A stretch of DNA of 38,185 nucleotides from Pseudomonadota bacterium (GTDB lineage: Bacteria > Bdellovibrionota > Bdellovibrionia > Bdellovibrionales > SG-bin7), in NCBI GenBank assembly GCA_034439715.1, contig JAWXAY010000022.1, forward strand, positions 1 to 38,185. Direction: 5' to 3'. A model generated the notes under the pieces. It saw only the letters and a list, made by a program, of their open reading frames with translations, was not told the origin of the DNA and searched no databases. Position numbers and translations under genes: made by a program. Within the stretch, counting starts at the first letter, position 1. Each line of letters begins with the position of its first letter. Positions 35,947-38,185 of the stretch are shown here, in pieces.

Positions 35947-36765
35947 ATGACAAAACAATTTTTTATCCTATATCTTTTTATTCTGACATCAACCCCTGCC
36001 TTTGCCGGGTGGATGGCCAATGCTGATTTTAGCTCTTGTCCCAGAAAATACATTCCCAATTCCACAGGATCTGAAGGGCCCTTTAATTCTGAGTCCGACT
36101 GTCTCTCGCGAGTAAATCAAGTTAAACGCGAAATGACTCTCGACTGCGCTCGTTATTCTTGTGTGAACCAAGCAGGAACAACCAATGATGCCACGCCTGC
36201 GGCCGCTGGTCACCAGTTGGATAAAAATATTGGCGACGCCGTGTCTGCGGGAATCAGCGGTCAGATCTCTGGTGCAGATGCCGTTGGATTAGTAGGTCTG
36301 GGACTTATGGGAAATGCCCTACTCGCTCCAAAGGCGGTAGAGACGCCACAGCAGAGAGCTGATCGCATCGCCGCCGAACTCTGGGCTCAGGAAGATTCTA
36401 AAAACAGAGCAGAACAGGCGCGACTAACGGAAGAGACCTACCAAAATAATCAAGATCAAAATGCGCTTCGCTTTCTCGATTCGATGTCGGCTGCTGTTAC
36501 GGCTCCCATTTTTTCTAAGCCACAAGGACAAAACTTTCGTGGCAAAATTCTTTGTAAGGGAGGCGAGCCGGGACTTCACACTTGTTATGTTTTTGTTTGT
36601 GGAGGGGCCTATGGCGGAGATCCCATTTGCTGTCCCGAGGGCTTTCCCAAGTTAAATGAATGCGATTGTAACTGTTATCCAGCTAATGCCGAGTTTGAAT
36701 GTAAACGGTACGCCGCTTGCCAGCACTCATATAAACAGCCTGAGTTCAAAGCAGGCACTCCATGA
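35947..36765 (+). CDS. Secreted cysteine-rich hypothetical protein
   Basis: GAGG SD, signal peptide ending AFA, and 14 Cys in two clusters. Confidence 0.75.
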   Translation: MTKQFFILYLFILTSTPAFAGWMANADFSSCPRKYIPNSTGSEGPFNSESDCLSRVNQVKREMTLDCARYSCVNQAGTTNDATPAAAGHQLDKNIGDAVSAGISGQISGADAVGLVGLGLMGNALLAPKAVETPQQRADRIAAELWAQEDSKNRAEQARLTEETYQNNQDQNALRFLDSMSAAVTAPIFSKPQGQNFRGKILCKGGEPGLHTCYVFVCGGAYGGDPICCPEGFPKLNECDCNCYPANAEFECKRYAACQHSYKQPEFKAGTP

Positions 36766-37736
36766 AAACTTTAAATTTTAGTCTTTTTATTTGCACACTG
36801 GCTTTATTTTTTAATTCTGTTTTTGCGCAAACGACGGCACCGGCCATTCCCGACTCTTCATTCAAGGCCTATAAACTCATTAAAGAAAAAAAATGGCGAG
36901 AGGCCAATGCGGTGGCCAAAAATGCGACGGTAGCGCAACCTAACGACGCCGAGGCTTGGTTTGTCTTAGGTTTGACAGAAGAGAGGCTAGAGAATTTAGA
37001 AGACGCTATAAAAGCCTATGAAAAATATCTTGAGTTAATCCCGGCTCCTGCCGCTGCAGAAATTGTTGTTGCCAGAATTGCAGAACTAAAACCCCGCGCC
37101 AGTCATCAACAACAGGATAAATATGGTGCTTCTTCTAACGGATTTTTTATTGAAAAGCAGCTAAGTTATAAGCCCAATTTTATTACTGAAATCAATGGCG
37201 AAATGAATACCCCTTTTTCTTTTGGATTTAGTTTTGGAATGGTGAATGTGGGTTACCGAAGAGCCAGTGGCACTTTCAAGGAAAACATTAAAGAACCGGC
37301 CAGCCACCAAGCAAGTCCTGCCTATACAACAATAACTGGCGGAGGGGCAATTACTCATCAAGATCTTTTTGCCAATATTTACTTCAGTCTTATTGATCCC
37401 TATACTTCAATGGGCGACATGCAATTGGCTATGCCATTTACGGCGGGATTAGTTTCTAATACGCTGGAAGCCACAGGTAATGGTAAGCGGTACGGAAATG
37501 TCACTTATGATTTTGGTTTAGGATTGGCCCTTCGTGGATTTACTCGCTCGCCACTATCTTGGTATGCGCAAGGAATTTACCATGTCGGCATTCCCTTCTG
37601 GGGAATTCGCGAGTCGGGCTATGACAAGGGTATTAAAAACGCTCAGGGTGATGACATCAAAGGTAATATTCATAATTTTGAAATCTCAGCAGGCATCACT
37701 TTTCTCTTTGGTGAAGATCTGTTGAAGCATTATTAG
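36762..37736 (+). CDS. TPR protein with probable C-terminal outer-membrane beta-barrel
   Basis: ATGA overlap, signal peptide, TPR (AEAWFVLG...AIKAYEKYLELIP) and amphipathic strands ending ISAGITFLF. Confidence 0.75.
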   Translation: MKTLNFSLFICTLALFFNSVFAQTTAPAIPDSSFKAYKLIKEKKWREANAVAKNATVAQPNDAEAWFVLGLTEERLENLEDAIKAYEKYLELIPAPAAAEIVVARIAELKPRASHQQQDKYGASSNGFFIEKQLSYKPNFITEINGEMNTPFSFGFSFGMVNVGYRRASGTFKENIKEPASHQASPAYTTITGGGAITHQDLFANIYFSLIDPYTSMGDMQLAMPFTAGLVSNTLEATGNGKRYGNVTYDFGLGLALRGFTRSPLSWYAQGIYHVGIPFWGIRESGYDKGIKNAQGDDIKGNIHNFEISAGITFLFGEDLLKHY

Positions 37737-37975
37737 CGAGGACATTTCTCAATAGTAGGACGACTACATGTCGTAGGCCTGTCGAAGTTATAGTCGAAAA
37801 AAGGGTAAGCCATCTTATTTACTAAATTTAATATCATTTTTATTTAAAAATACCGCAACGATTTTAAATTTGTACATAGCAAGGGTGACGGATACGATGT
37901 CTATACTGCCTCCATTAAGCGCCTTCAGTATTGGACATGAGACCGCTCACTTTTTTCTAAGGCTTTTGATTATCG

Positions 37976-38011
37976 AGAAGACAAACCGTAGCGGGTTTGT
38001 CTTCTTTTATT
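37976..38011 (+). terminator. 12-bp perfect hairpin with T-rich tail
   Basis: AGAAGACAAACC-gtagcg-GGTTTGTCTTCT-TTTATT. Confidence 0.6.
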
Positions 38012-38149
38012 AGTGGATATAACTGTCTCCCATTCTAATTGTTAAACTGTCAATCCGCTCGCATCCGGCCTCCGTGTTTTTGTTTCCCTTGCTTTGAATT
38101 TACCCCCTCGCCCCACTTGAGACTTCTTTTGCAGTTATCTCCCTCTACT

Positions 38150-38185
38150 ATGAAACAACAAAATCTTTTTAAAATTCCCAGTCAC
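38150..38185 (+). CDS. Possible start of a gene running off the window (MKQQNLFKIPSH...)
   Basis: ATG with an open frame to the window end; only 12 codons and no SD. Confidence 0.2.
   Translation, partial: MKQQNLFKIPSH

Noticed and set aside
1817..37725. Numerous 60-120 aa ORFs from the track lying antisense to or nested within confident genes
   Set aside because: Shadow ORFs with no SD or recognisable motifs
38150..38185. Terminal partial ORF as a transposase start
   Set aside because: Only 12 codons are visible, too few to assign

Overview
A gene-dense bacterial chromosomal window with about 40 CDS. I see no rRNA, tRNA, CRISPR array or clear mobile element. The many secreted or outer-membrane hypotheticals, PilZ and FecR proteins, sigma28 and sigma54 promoters and a bacterial histone suggest Bdellovibrionota (inference only). 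Housekeeping genes include a LolC/E-type permease, dapD, mpaA, manC, psd, acs, a family-5 UDG, dprA, yfgM-like/bamB-like genes, leucine dehydrogenase and a LysR regulator. Most notable: (1) a 71-aa histone-fold protein with a Lys-rich N-terminal tail (25395-25610), whose stop overlaps the start of an outer-membrane beta-barrel gene at the end of the ldh-yfgM-bamB cluster; (2) a ~74-aa insertion in the YfgM-like TPR protein that resembles the RNA polymerase beta-subunit bi9/BBM2 module; (3) an unannotated structured small transcript (~19960-20123) with a maximal Shine-Dalgarno sequence and a 15-codon ORF; (4) a hemolysin-III/PAQR protein with a C-terminal HicB-like domain; (5) a frameshifted PuuD-type membrane gene followed by a separate cytochrome c; (6) repeated pairings of beta-barrel genes with metzincin or Cys-rich partners. 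All homology calls come from recognising motifs by eye; no searches were run.
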